64,000 nt of DNA, from positions 1 through 64,000 of the forward strand of contig CDROCS010003925.1 in the NCBI GenBank assembly GCA_977020255.1, written 5' to 3'. Source of the stretch: Obrimoposthia wandeli (lineage: Eukaryota). Both the position numbers and the translations under genes were made by a program. This document shows, one piece after another, positions 46,401 through 61,400 of this stretch; the first letter of the stretch is position 1; each line of letters starts with the position of its first letter. The notes beneath the pieces are model-generated. The model was not told where the DNA came from. It ran no database searches and saw only the letters and a list, made by a program, of their open reading frames with translations.

Positions 46401-49400
46401 CCTTTATTATAGTGCTGCGCTCCAACAAAATCAGTCAATGCAAAATCAGCACATCAGCAATATAACAGTTATTTGTATTCGCTTCTGAAAACCGAGATAC
46501 ATCGAGTATGTTTACTACTACACAAATTTGTGAGCAACTATTATCTTGTGTGACAAACATTACAACTTTTGGCAGAAGCTGACCACTTTATAGGGACTTG
46601 AACAATATTCTCATTGCGTCGACCACCACTTATTGATCAGACTGATAATGTGACAAATTGAGGTGTATGTTTTTAATTTTCGATTTACATTCAGTTGTGA
46701 ATTGTGGGGTGCCACATAAATAGAGCAAGGACAAATACAAAAGTATTTTCTTGTATATATAAAGTCCATGAATATAAGCTTTACATTAACCCTTTCCTTA
46801 ACATGATTAAGTTCGTTTATATTTGACAGTCGCTTTCATTCATGGTCTTTTATCAATCATTACATGAAATTAATCTACATGTACTTTGGTTGTTTGAATA
46901 TTTTAGCTGGTACGACAATATTTTAAACAAAATGTGATTTTATTAAATGACATTTATTTACATATAATTTTCATATATTTATGTCATTATTATATCACAT
47001 ATTATTTACAAAGCATTTACATATTGAATTAACTAAAAGATTATGACATATATTTCAAGTTTGTATCATATTATACATTGGTATGATACATGCATCGCCA
47101 TATGATGCATATGTATGGTAACCATTCCTGTTGTATTGCTTGATGCTGATATATTGTGTGTTGAAGTGACATGCATGGATGCTGGCGTAGATGCTTATGG
47201 TGAACAGATTGAGAATATCATTGATCGAATGATAAAGAAATCCTTTATCCAAGTAATACCAACACACGAAATGAAACTCGACACTACATTTCAAATTCCT
47301 AGTAACCTCAAACTACCGCGTCATGCTACCGCATGCAACATCGTACTTCAAAATAGTACAAAGTAATTTTCTTCTGAATTTGGCCATTGTAAATGAATTA
47401 CGACCCACATTGTGATGTAACAAACATTTTAAAAATCAAATCAAAACAATATTGTCACTTTCACACGATTTTGGGAGAAAACCTATGTCTGAATTATTGA
47501 AAACACCACCAGCTAATAAGCAATTCCGAAAAAACACGGCAGTAAAGAGGTAAAGTAGTGCTATGACCAATAAGAATGACGTCGTAAAATACAATTATGA
47601 ACATTTACCACAAATTGTTGATGCTAAGAATCGTCAATGGTTCAAACAATGCAGTACATTGTGCCAGATGAAATGTATAAAGTGTCATGTGTTTTTGTGT
47701 TGCAGACAGAGTAGAAACTGTTATTTAGCTTTCAATTCATACATTTTATCTTCACACATGTTTTTTGGAATATTTCTTTCTTTATAATATTGTATCAATA
47801 TGATACAAAAACAATGTTGGAAATCTGTGAGGTAAAAAATATTTGCATAATGCCACGCAGTTAACTAAGAATAAGTGCGGTATTGAAAGGGTATAAAATA
47901 TAAGTAGGAGAACCATCAAATGAAAAAGGTGACTTGGTTCTATATTTCTTCTATTCATATCGTAACAAAAACAACAATAATGACATTCCCATGACATTGT
48001 TCAGAAATTTATTTTTTGGACTTTTTAACTAAACTGTTGAAAAAATAAAATACGCAAATAATTTTCATTAAAATCGCAGGAAATCCCTCTGGACTATCGA
48101 TTCGATGCAGATTGTGCTCCAGCCAGACGACCCTTTACAGCAGCACTTCCTAGCGAGTCAGAAAACAAGGAGAATCGCTCGTACAGACGAAGCAAAAGCG
48201 GCAGAAACAGCAAGATAGACAGAGAAGCAAAGCTGGCTCCCGACACAAGTGCCCTGTTGTTGTGGCAGAAGAGAATGGCAGAAAGGAGAGCTTTGCAAGA
48301 CCACATTTCTAGTGAGCACGCTTTCTTCTACCCTCTTTCTCTTAAGGATGAAACAGATAAGATAGATAAATTTCAAGTTTCTAGAGAACACAATATATTG
48401 AAATGTTCTGAACATCTCAAAACTGATGTTGGAAAAACTAGACATTTGTTTTCAATGTCATAATCTCGTCAAAAGATTACAATGCAAAATTCTTCACCCC
48501 AAAACATCACATCACCAAAGAAGAACAATTATAATTACTGTTAAATTCAAAAGATCCCATGATAGTTAAACCAGTAGAAAACTTGTAGACTACCTTTGTT
48601 TATAATCTTTATGAGAAAACTGGAAAAATTATTTTAAATCATGAGATCACCTACCATTTGTACACTGACGATACTCCAATATATGCTAAGTTCAATGTTT
48701 GTGATAAAATAAATACCCTGAATAAAGTTAAATTAATTAACAGATGAAATCAAAATGCTTAACACACAATGAATATAAAACTGTAACTATTATTTTATGT
48801 TCAACGATGAATATTGGCAACTTAACAGCGATTAAATCAGGTATATACATATTACATGTGCACTTGCCTCACATCTGACTATAGTTTCACAAAACATGCT
48901 ATTATGAACCGAAGAAAATATTTACAATACGAAACAATACAAACAATATTAATTACACAAATTATTTCGTCATATAAACTAGACATTCAAAAACTAAAAG
49001 AGCATAGTTAGTTACCTGTTAGAAAAATAGTATAGAAGTTTTTATTAAAGAAACATCCAGAATATCTAAGTAATCTAATAACAGAATATGAGATTCAGAC
49101 TGCATTAACATTTCAAGTGTAAAATTATGAATTCTTTTGTAGTGTGTAAAGCTTGTTCCTTAAACTGTTCTCTTAATTCTTGTCGAAATTGTATTTTGAT
49201 CCTCATTAGGAAATAAAAATATAAAATTATTCTTTAGGAGTTTCGAGAGTAAACACTTTTAAATAAGACAAATGTTACAAGTAGAATGAATAGAAATATA
49301 ATGAATACTTAAAATTAACTAAATATATTTTAAAAATCAGTTTTTTTGATTGGTCCTTAAGAAATTAATGATGCACATTTGTCTCATGTACTTCTTATCG

Positions 49401-52400
49401 AAACGCTGTTATAAAATGAACTTTATAAATATATTTTCAAAGAAAAATGAGGCATATTGTTGTAGAAAAAGTGGAACGGACTCCTGAACAGCTGGTATTC
49501 AACACTGGGGAGGTTGTCCGCAGTTACAACGAGGTCAGCAATTTAATTACCAAGAGCATCCCATTTTACGGCTCCGGTTACGGCTGTAAGTTGAGTCTTT
49601 AGTGTTACATATTTAATGTCTGGCCAAAAAGTGTCTTTTCAAAAGTTATATAGATATTTATTATTGGAACAAGTTGTTCTTTTTACTTTATATAATATTT
49701 CAATTCAAAATTGTACTAAATTGTACTAGGGCACGTACTCTAATAGTATTGCCTAAATCGTTGACATTGATATTATCTTCAAATGATATTTAATTCACAA
49801 AGAAACTATGTTTTTTTTCTCTGTCATTTATATAATAAAACAGAAAACTTGTATTAAAATCCATGAAAATTTGTTTCAAATATATGTTCTTTCAAATTTA
49901 ATTATAAATTATTGAATTTGTAATAAGTAATTCATATATATATATATACATAAACATTAGGCTACGAAACTATTTTTTGTAACCAAAATTTCATCTAGTT
50001 TATATTAATATATTATTCAAGTCAATCAAGTTTAAATTACACTAACGAAAGTCATTTAAAAATCACAATATTCAGGTTTAATATATTTTAAAATGAAAAG
50101 TACTATTAATTAATCATTTTTGTACCTTCATATCGTGACTTTCCAATTCATGTTCTTGGTCGACAATTTCTAAAGCTGCATGATTCACGGTTGGTATCCA
50201 TGAAGAATTTGTCATACTGTTTAAATAAAAGATATTTTCATTTTTTTAGAGCTGTGTATTGATAATCTCTACTTTCAATATTATTTCGAATGTCAAAAAA
50301 CTTTACTTTATCAGACATCGATTGATATGTATCCACAATCCAGATATCAAATGTTTTACACGTTGATTTATCATTTATCAAATTTTCATAAATCTTTCAA
50401 AGAATCAAGTTGAATGAATGATGTCGTCTGGGTACATTCCAGTTTCTTTCTTTCTGAGTAATACTTGTATCTCATTTATTCTTCCAAACATAATATTAGA
50501 TGTTTCACTCACTAATCCAATAATTCTATATTTTAATTCGAAATAATCAATTTTTCGTTTAATATTTGTAATTACTTCTTCTTTAACTTCTCTTGTAATA
50601 CGTACTACACTGAGAATTACTTATATTTTTAATACAATTGATAATCTCATATCTATATCCATTCCATCTTCTCGATAAGTACTGTAATCTATACAAAGTA
50701 CAAACATATAATTGCAACTTTTAATATTAAAAACACAGTGTTTAAATTTACGCTGGATCACTTTATTCATTTATAAAGTAACTTTATCTTACTACTTTTT
50801 GGTACTAGATCTGATTTTTGTGTTTTTGACATCAGTTATTTTTAAGTTATAACCATTATTTACCATTTCAGCAAACTTATTATCTTCTTTTAACTTATTA
50901 CTTTTGTCATGTTTAAATCCATTAAACATTTTGGACACACAATTGAAATTCTTCTATTATTAAAGATTAATAATTTGATTGATTCTTGGTGTTTATTCTT
51001 TAAAAATTTTCTTTGTATCTTTCCATAAGCTTTTTAATTTTAACCTTTAACTCTTTATTGCTATTTATATTGACTCCAACTTGCCATGTAAATCTTGTAA
51101 TTATATTAAAATATTATTAGTAGCTTCTTCTTTCAATGAATGATTCCTCAAATCTTTTAATAACCTTTAATAATGATGGTATTTTTTTCCTAACCGAAAT
51201 TCTAAATAGGATCCAACGTCTTGAAAATAAAAAACATTTATTTTCTCTTTAAATTTCATTTTTCGAAGAATAAAATATAGACTATTTAAACAAAGAAATT
51301 TATATTTATTTACTTCCCGCTATGTAAGTACAAAGGAAAATTAAATATTTTGTACACTTTTAAAGTTTTTAAGTAACATAGATAATATAAATATAAACGC
51401 TCAAGGATTTTAGACTGCCATTGCGAATCATAACTAGATGGTTTTATATAATTTCTTCAATTTAATAAAACCTTTGCTTTCAATTTTAATTTTAAAGGCT
51501 TATTTTTTAAAATTAATTGTTTTTGAGAATATTTTGAAATATATATTTTGAAATTTCATATTAAAACAGAAACTACAAATTTTAATTTAAATAAAAATCT
51601 TATTAAAATTAATGTGATACAATAAGTACAAACTTACATTCCTTAATTTCGTTCTAAACAAATCTCGAATTACAAATAAACACGTTTTAAAACAAAAAAT
51701 AAGAATCTGTTCGCTAAATTTCTAAATTAACTGACACATCAAGTTTATGAATTCATAATTTCGAGTTATATATCTATTGTTGCTATTTACAATTGTCATA
51801 TAATGTATATTTCCTTCCAATTAGGTTTTTTTCTAATTTATTTTATTAAAAGACAAATAATTTACAAACACTTTTCAGTTGTAATATTTGAAAATAAACG
51901 AATTTAATAATCCAAATCTATAGATCGTGTTGGCAGTGAATTCTGGAACCAAAATGAAGAGGTCGGAATTGACGAGGACCAATTGATTCAGTAAGTTCTT
52001 CTGACATTGTCTCAACTGAATCTGATTTCAGTATGACCAACACACAGACCCAGAAAGGATATCCACCCTCATTATTGCACGTTGGCGTACCAGACTTTGT
52101 GCAACGGGAGAAAGGTGAGATATAAAATGGATCTTTACATTTCAGAAAAGGTTTTAGACGACAACAGCGTACTGAATGGGTCTTTTTGTCAGTTCCTCTA
52201 GTGTCCTTGGATATGGTCCTTTGTGCAGCTTTTTCGTATGTGTACAAAATATCATAAATCATTAATAAATTCTTCACACGGCCATGTGACTGGACCATAT
52301 CGTCTACATTAAAACAATTTGATTAATAAAAATATTATGAAAATACATTATGCAACTACGCACATCTAAATATGTAGTAATAATATAAAATATGTGATAT

Positions 52401-55400
52401 TAACTAGCAACATTATGGTGATTCTGACGGAAATTACTAGTGGAGAAGCAGTGGTCCAATCCGACGATTAGGCAGAAGTATATTAAACGTTTTACGTACT
52501 AATACTTATTGCCCCATCTTGTTGATACATTTATTTCGATTTATCTAGTGAGTTATCACAGGAATGACATTTGTCAGTAAAATGTCATTGCATCGTTTCG
52601 TGTTTATTATATCTCACATGACACGCCAGGACAGATGATGACTCAACATGTAATTGACGTGCACTTCGATGGTTTTTCATTTGTGGCATGCTGATTTCCC
52701 TGCTTTGAACGAATTTTACGTGTTTTTAGATAGCACCTTTTGAATGGAACCATGCTTCATAACTAAAATTTATGTACCTTATACAATTACTATTTATTCG
52801 GTCTTTGTAAGTATCTGTTGGTAAAACTTTTAGCGTTTCATCAGTAATTCTTCTACAGATGTAATCTTCCGTGACTTCATATCGTCTTAACAGATGAAGC
52901 TGATAAACCAACTTCTTGACTTACTTCACATTGAGTTGTGCAAGGATCATCTGCAAAGGTAGAAACAACCTTCGGTTTTTCTCTTTTGGAAAATCCTCTT
53001 TCCAATACGGTAGTCTGGTTTACACGGAGAGCAGTGACAAAATTAGTAAAAATCGATTTAACCAGTCTAACAAAGTCTGTGCAGTGGTTGCTTGTTAAAT
53101 TTATCGTTAAACATTCGCCAAACGTTATTGCAAAAGAAACAACTAATGCGATTTCTTTCTTATTTAAATCACAGTATTCGATACTATATTTCAATTGTTA
53201 CAAAACCAACAAATTCATAATGTTATTTCATGTTATTTGTTTAGTATATTTATATATTATGCATTATAAATTAAATAGACAAATACAAGAAAAATATTTT
53301 TGTTGTTATATTTAAATAAAGTTAAACTAATTAGGATAAATGCAGTAAAGTATTCTAAAGTATTCCATCATATATTAAAAAAGAAAATATTTTAAAAGTT
53401 GGATAATTTAAAAGTAGGCAAGAAAACTGCTAAAGGATAAAATACTGACATTGATTATGCAACAGCTGACTATTTGTTTTACACATGGAGGGATAAAATA
53501 AATATGTTTCATTTTTATTATTATTTATTATTTTGGTCATGTTTGGACGATTGTGGATTGGTGAAATTGATTTTCTAAATTGGAAAATTAGGAAAATAAT
53601 CAATAATTGAGTGATTTTCTCTTGTAGGCGTACCAGCGAACCTGCCGACTAATGTTCCGGGAGATTTTTTCCATAGAAGACTCAACGAACTGGGGGGTGT
53701 TATCAGGGAGCTTGATCCACATTTACCCGACATGAGGGAGTTGCTTGTTCTTGGAGTACGTATCGACAACCAGACAACAGTCGTAGACCATAATTCAAAC
53801 ATGGAGTAAGTTCTGTTTAGGTATGGTAGACCAGTTTGTTGTTATGAGTGTCACCTAAAGAATACGATGTTGGGAAATGTTCTAAGGTAAGAAGTTTACA
53901 ATTTTGAGAAATAATTACAAGTTTTGGCTCCATTATATTACGTGTTTTGTTGTAAATCTTATCCAGAACTATTTGTATATTCCAATTTTATCAATTTATT
54001 AGAAGAAATTCCATCAAAGTCTACTAGATTCTACAGCCAAATTTTGTTTAATTTAAAAATAAAACCGAAATATTTTTAAAATATAATATAGGTTCAATTA
54101 AGGTTAAATTAATATTAAAACATTCCTAAGTGTTTCAGAACTATATAGAAAGGCATAAAATTTATAAAAAATAAACACAAAACATAAATATATTTACTAC
54201 TCCCTTTTAAGGAATGTTCTTACGCTAAAAAAGAGTTTTGAATGTTCATCTGTGACCTATGATACATAGTTTGAAATATTTGAAGGATATCTTTCTAAAG
54301 TTGTAGTAATATTCGAATGTGTTTTGCCAATATCGTGTAAATAATATATTTTCTATATTTCTTCCAATGTTAATAAATAAAGTCTAAAATATAAGTTAGA
54401 TTTAGGGGTTCATATCTAACAGTTAAGCTTTGATTTATGGATCTAAATCGTTTAAACATATTAATTCTTTAATGTATTTAGACTGATAAATTAAAATATT
54501 TGATAATATATTTTATTATTGTTTTAAACAAGCAATACTTTGTAGCTTTAGCCTGTGAAGCTTTCTACTAAAATAACAGATATTTTAGAATTATGGAAAA
54601 ATCTATTTAGCTTCGAGACAAGGTTTATTAGTAATTTCACTTTTTCATATATTTGTGTTTCAATAATTGGACAGTTGATTTTTATTTCTGATAATTTTGA
54701 TTGATTTGCTCTTTCAATAGTATTCATCAGCTCAATAAAACGCCAATTTGTATGAAAAGTTATCGATGGAATAATTTGGGAAATTATAGTTTCTTGAATC
54801 CTTTTTTTGTATTTTGAAACTACGATATGTTTTTCTTTCAGTCTATACATATGTTTGTTTACACAAGTCCTTATTATATACAAATCTGTGGGTTTTTTTA
54901 CCATATATTTGGAGATATCAGCATTAGACTCAAGTCACTGTTGCAGAGCCTTGAAAATTATTTTGGTTTTCTCAAGCAATCCGATATTTTGATAACTGCA
55001 ACTGTTCTTGATCCAGCAATAAAACTCTAATTTACTGACACTCCCTCAAAAGAGTTCAATTACAGTAAAGAAGTCGTTGTAAAAAAGTTTAGAAGTTTCT
55101 TTCTGAAAGATTTTACTAGTAAGAAATAGTAGGTCGAGATAGGAAAGAAAGTGCTCAAAGAAACACAAATCAATTAAGTTCGACCCATAAATTATAAATG
55201 CAGTATTTGAATTTTTTTTCTATGAAGGTTAGCAGGGTTGTTGTTGAGCTGTTGTTTTTGTGTAAAGATACATACTCTCTAAAAAATAAATGACGTATAA
55301 GTAGTAACTTTAAAACATGTTGCTATGTGGAAATATATAGTTTTTAATACAATTTCTGGATTTGTTTGTTTACTTATATGGTAGTTAATACAATAGTTTA

Positions 55401-58400
55401 AAAAAGTCGTTAATTAATAAATCAAAAACGTTATTAATATAAAAATCGAAAAGCACAAATATTGTTAATATTCAGTGCTATAATTCACTAGTATTTAGAC
55501 AATTAATGTTATTTTTAATTTTTCTACAAAATATTGAAAAGTTAAACTTAAGTTAATCACAAATATATTACTTATACATTTATGTAGTATATTATACAAT
55601 ATTTCTATCTTATATTTCAGACAAGTTGAGAATTTTGAACCTCATGAAAAAGACACAGACATTCATTTGGAAGATGAAATCATTGAAAATATTGATGTCA
55701 CTGAAGCAGTGGTGATGACTGATGCTGATCGTCCAGGCCTTGAAATTGACGGAGTAAGGTTCCGTGTGGGTGACGCCGTTCCAGACGGGAATAACCGCGA
55801 AGTACGGAAGATATTCAATGTAAGCAGTCATCAGTATTTTGGGTGATAATTAGTCTGTAAAGTGCTTAACTTTTTAATTATACTTAGCTTTTTAATTAAA
55901 AAAAAAGATTATTCAATGAATTTTTTGTTTGTTTTTATTTTTCATGCCATTTGAAAACCTTAACGAACCTGTGTGCTATTAATAATATTTAAAACATATT
56001 TTTGTATAATATTATTCAAATGTTTAAAGTGATTAATTATAATTAATTACTAATTAAATAAAGTATTGCAAATATGGCAATAACGTCTTATAAATTACCC
56101 ATGAACAATTTTACACACCAATAGTTTACACATGTAACAAATAATATAATTTCAATCTAAATACAATATATTTTAAAAGCAGTAAAACAGTATACCTCGA
56201 CATTGACGGTCTGAAGTCGCGTTAGTTATGAAAATATTTTGCTTGTGTGAATATTTTAGATAATTTGATCTACATAAAAACACGAAATGCTGTGTTCCTT
56301 CAAAATGATATTTCTTACGCTTTTGGAAGTTGTGAGTGTTGTGTGTATGTTAAACTGGGCTGCTCGATGGCTAGTCATCAACATAATAGAAAGTCTGTCT
56401 TATATTTTGAAGGAAAGGCTGTGTATTACAAACCCAATAATTAAAATTTAGACGGTTCAGGCATTTGAAGAAGAAAGAAAAAAATATTAGTCTTCAACAA
56501 TCAAAAGACTATATGACTACTTATTCGAGAATATGTCGTCATTAGAAAGTTATTCTTAGTTAAGTGTCTTTCTACAAATCTTAGCCTTGATATTTACTTT
56601 CGCTTTTTTAAATATGTAACTAACATTTAAAATAATTTAAATTAATTGCAGATAGTACTTTTTGAGCTGTTTTTTTGGCGCAATTTACACACCATTTATT
56701 GTAATTTGTGATTATTATTCTAAATGCAGAATTTAAACTGTTTAATAAACGAAAACATAACGTATTTTCTCATAAATAATACTACACAATAAATACATTT
56801 GCTGAAAGAGTACCCATACTTATAAAATTTAGAGAGTTTACATGATTTTTACAATATGTAATTTGGTTAATCGGAACACTTTCTGAGATGTACCTATTTT
56901 TAACATTAGATATTTGATTAAGAACTGTAGTATTATCGTCACAATATACATATGTTCTGTGTATTAAATTGAATATTTATTATACATTTGTCTTATTAGT
57001 TGAAAATCATACTAAAAAGAGTATAACATATGTATTTCAAAATTAATTAACAATTACTTTGTTTAGAAAAACCTTTAAATATGATTTAACCAATCTATTA
57101 ACGCAAAATACATATAGGGAAATATATTTCCCAGAATTTTTTCAAAAGCCTTTAGATCTTTTTTAGAGGGGCTTCTTAGAGGATTCAATTCAAACAATAT
57201 TTTAGGGGAATTGGAGATGGTAAGCAGATCCATCATAACATGTAGTTCATTTTTCATTAAAACTAAAACTGAAGTTGATGAATTCTATGGTTAAAAAATA
57301 AATAATTGATCAGAAACCCTAAATAAACTGTTGTATTAATTCTTTACTTTGCAGGGATATGAAAAACATACGACTGTGGAATATCTCAATCTTCACAATT
57401 TGGGCAGTTCTGTTATCAGATTGTGGTGGATGGTGCGTTTCAAAAGATTATATATACAGGGTGTCCCATTGAATTTCAACTATTTTTTACGTAAATAAAA
57501 ACATACACATTTATTCAATTTTTATTGAGTATTGATTTTTATATTTTATAAAGTAAGGGTTTTTATTTTATTATACAGACAATATATATAATAGGTTATT
57601 ATGGAAAATATCGATCGGGACATCATATTTTTATATTATGAAAATAACAGGAGTATAATTTCGACTATTAGAGCCTACAATAAGAAATATAAATTTGAGC
57701 ACAATATCTTTGATAAAAATAAAGTTCGGAGAATAATAAAGAAGTTTGAAACTATAAATTTAAAAATAATTCGAAAAGTTGGAAGTGGTGGGAAAAGGAT
57801 AATTGATGACGATGGTAAAGGATTAGAAGACAGCACAGAAAGTATGCTGAAACAAAGTAATAATGGATTAACAAGCCTAAGAAAGATAGCTGAAAAAGTT
57901 GGATGCAGTAAAAGTACCGTACATCGTCGGCTAAAGAAATTGGCATATAGAAGTTATAGACCAATTTCTAAAAAGTGATAAAAATTTACCGTTAAGACTT
58001 CAAGCAATTAGTGAACAAAATGGCGGACATATTGAACATTATGATATATTTATATAAATCCCTTTTTGTCTACAATCTATTTATTAGTGTTTTTATAATA
58101 TATATATATATATATATTATGTTGCTTTGTGATTTTAATTTATAATAGTTCGTTTTTCTGTGGGATACCCTGTATATATAAAATTTACAATATTCGGATG
58201 GTACTTTTTAAAATTATTTTCCAAATTTAATTGACAACAGTTTTACGCTTCATATTTGCTAAATGTCTCTATTAAAAGAAAAATTAGGATAAAATAACAA
58301 TAAAAAAGGTTAGTTTTAAGTATATAATGTTTAAGATTTTAAATAGTCAAATATAATTTTGAAGTGTAACATAAAATTATCGATTTTAAGATTATAATAA

Positions 58401-61400
58401 ATTTCAAACTTCAAAATAATCCAAAAGCATTTAACATAATTTTACAATTAAGAAATATTTTCAGTGACATTTCCTATAAAAACTCTTAAATAAATCCAAT
58501 ACACAGAAATAAAAAGTAATAACTTCATTTCTACTAAATTATTAAAATACAATTTTACCGGAACAATGGGATATCTGGATAAACCGGATATGGTAATTTT
58601 CTACAGTAAAGTAATCTTAAATTTAAAAATATTTATAATTTTTTCCATTAGTATTACAAATATTACAGAAATGAAGTCTGAAACGGTAATATTAACTTTA
58701 TTTATAGCTGTGTAAATTCATTTAATTTAGATAATAAAAATGAAAAATATCAAATGTAAACAATTACAAAGAAATAGTAAAATGAAATACAGTAATACGT
58801 AAACATGAATTATGATGGGTTGTTTCCTTTCGGTCTCCTTTAGGCTGATATCTTCGAATTCCCAGAGACATCACTGAATATGGAGTTCTCGATCATTCTT
58901 ATTGTTACTCACACGGGACATGAGCCTCCTTTATATCTCCTTATGCACAATATTTCATTGAATTTATTTTGTAACCGCCAGATTTAAACTATGTTCATTG
59001 ATTACCTGAAAAATCTTAATTATTCGATTAAGCTTATTTATTAACATGAAAAGTCGTTCCAACTTATACAAACGTTCAGCTGAATTGAACACGGTTTATC
59101 CGAGTTACAAATGCAAGAGTAAGAAAAAGTTATGTTTGGACGAAAAGAGATCCGGTTTAAACGGAAATGACTGTATCCAGATTTTTTAATGTTAAAATTA
59201 CTCCGTCCTCGTGATAACCTGATTTTAACCCTCAAATTGAAACTTATTAAATTTATTTATTACCATTTACAGTATTTGAATGAGTGTACTTTTATTTGCA
59301 TGAAAACATCATTATATCTGTTTTTTAAATCTGTATTTAACATATAATTAAAGACAATTTTACTTTTAAATGAAATTTTGGCTATTTAAGCGCATTTAAA
59401 CAAATTTTAAGTGACGATTTTTTTCAAAATTTTGCTTTTACTGGTATTTAGCATTTATGAAAGATAAATCTTAACTCGGATTGATATTTACATTTATTTA
59501 AAATGAATTGCTTAACTTTAATATTCAGATACCCATTCGGGAGTATAGTGGTGCAGATAAATCAGATTATTTTATTACAGTAGCTTGATGGACTTATGGA
59601 CCCCGCATCAATATTTTATCAAAACCCTTTAACCAGTACTGTAAATGTTAACACAAAGAGATGGGGTCTCGATGTTAATATAATTTGTTTGTCACCGTAG
59701 TTAACTGTACATACAAATATTCAGAAAATGCCGAATCACAGAAAATGGGTGTGAATGAGCCAGTGAAAGTCCGATGTGTACTTTACAGTGTCTTGTTTGT
59801 AGTTGTGTGTGTTGATTGGCCAATTGGCCATTATTGTGGTGTTAATTGCATGTGTGGTGTATATGTCTGGTCTGAACATTTGGACAGTAATTAATTGGTT
59901 ATTTAAAAAAAAACTTATTTCAGTTTTTTACGTGTATTTTTTTCTTGTTTTTCAGAAAATCGATGCGTATGACCCTTTCGATTTGGATCACAAAAGTGCT
60001 CGACGATTTTACTTTCGAACACAAGACAGTAAGTTTATTTCTATAAAATTTATTTTCTTATATTTTTTAATAAATTAATTATATTTAACTATATTACTAA
60101 TAAAAAAGTAGTATAATGCGCATATATTAATTTTAAAAATTCTATCTATTTTAGGAATTACAAAGTCAGGTACATAAAAAGATAAAATAAGGTTAATTAA
60201 TAAGACAAGTTTATTTAAATTAAATTTTGTTAACAAAAGCTTTTTTGCAAACAATTTTAGAAATTGGAAAAAATGTTTTTTATTTTTTATTCTAATTTTC
60301 CGGTTGATTCCAATTCTGATCTGACAAGGGAAGTTGTGGAAGGGTAAAATCACAGATTTTCATAATTTAAAAAAATTACAATTCGGTTACCAAAGTTTTT
60401 GGTCTGCACCTTCAAACCCCGTAATAAAGGGACCACTCGTCTAAACTATGAACAAATAATATACGTTTGACACTTATAACTCACACACACACACAAACAC
60501 ACACACATAAATCACTCCTCTGTTTGTCGGTAAAAACCGAGAAGACATATAAATAATGTTTTTACATTTTCTGCCGTTCTAATTTAGAGAAATAAATGTT
60601 CTCACTGAATTATTAAAAATAATCTGTATGAATTTGAAGAAAATTTTCTGTGTTTCTCCAGTCATTTTGCTGCCACAAGAACGACTGCAACTGCCGATCG
60701 TGTTCAAAGCAGCTCGGAGTGGAATCTTCACGGAACAATGGCGTCTTTGCTCAATGCCGCTTTTAACAGACAATCTGATCGTCAGTTTGCGAGGAGTTGC
60801 ATTGCAACAAGATCCGTATGGTTCTACCCGGCTTCAGATTCAGGTAGAATTCATACCACTAGTTTTATTACTTTTGCATTATCTACCGATAGCATGTTAC
60901 TTATAATTATCAGCAATGTAAATTATGTTATTTGTTATTTAACAATATTACATGTTGCAATATAAATTGCATTTGAAACTAAGATAGAGCAAAAGCTGAG
61001 GAAGTACATTTTGTTTAAATGTATCACCGTACTTCTGCATTTTCGGTTTCATAATAAACAAATACCAATATGGTACAAATAATGCAATTTCAAATTCACA
61101 ATAACAAAAGTTCAATTCAATTGATTGTTTATTTCAAGTTTAGGTTTCGGTACTATTTTGTAAAACATCACATTTATCACAATTCAGTCGTATCTGCGCA
61201 AACGAGTGGCCGAAAAAGTTTGTCTTGGACTTCTCGACAAGATCCTTCAGGACGTTTTTCACCGTAACGCTGCGAGAGGAAGGGATATTGAAGAGAGTGG
61301 ATTGATGTTTACGGAAGAAGAAGAGTTTGTCAGTTTGAACAATGGCGTAAGATTTTTTTAATTTTTGAAAAATTAGAAACTGAAAGCTATCGTATATCGA

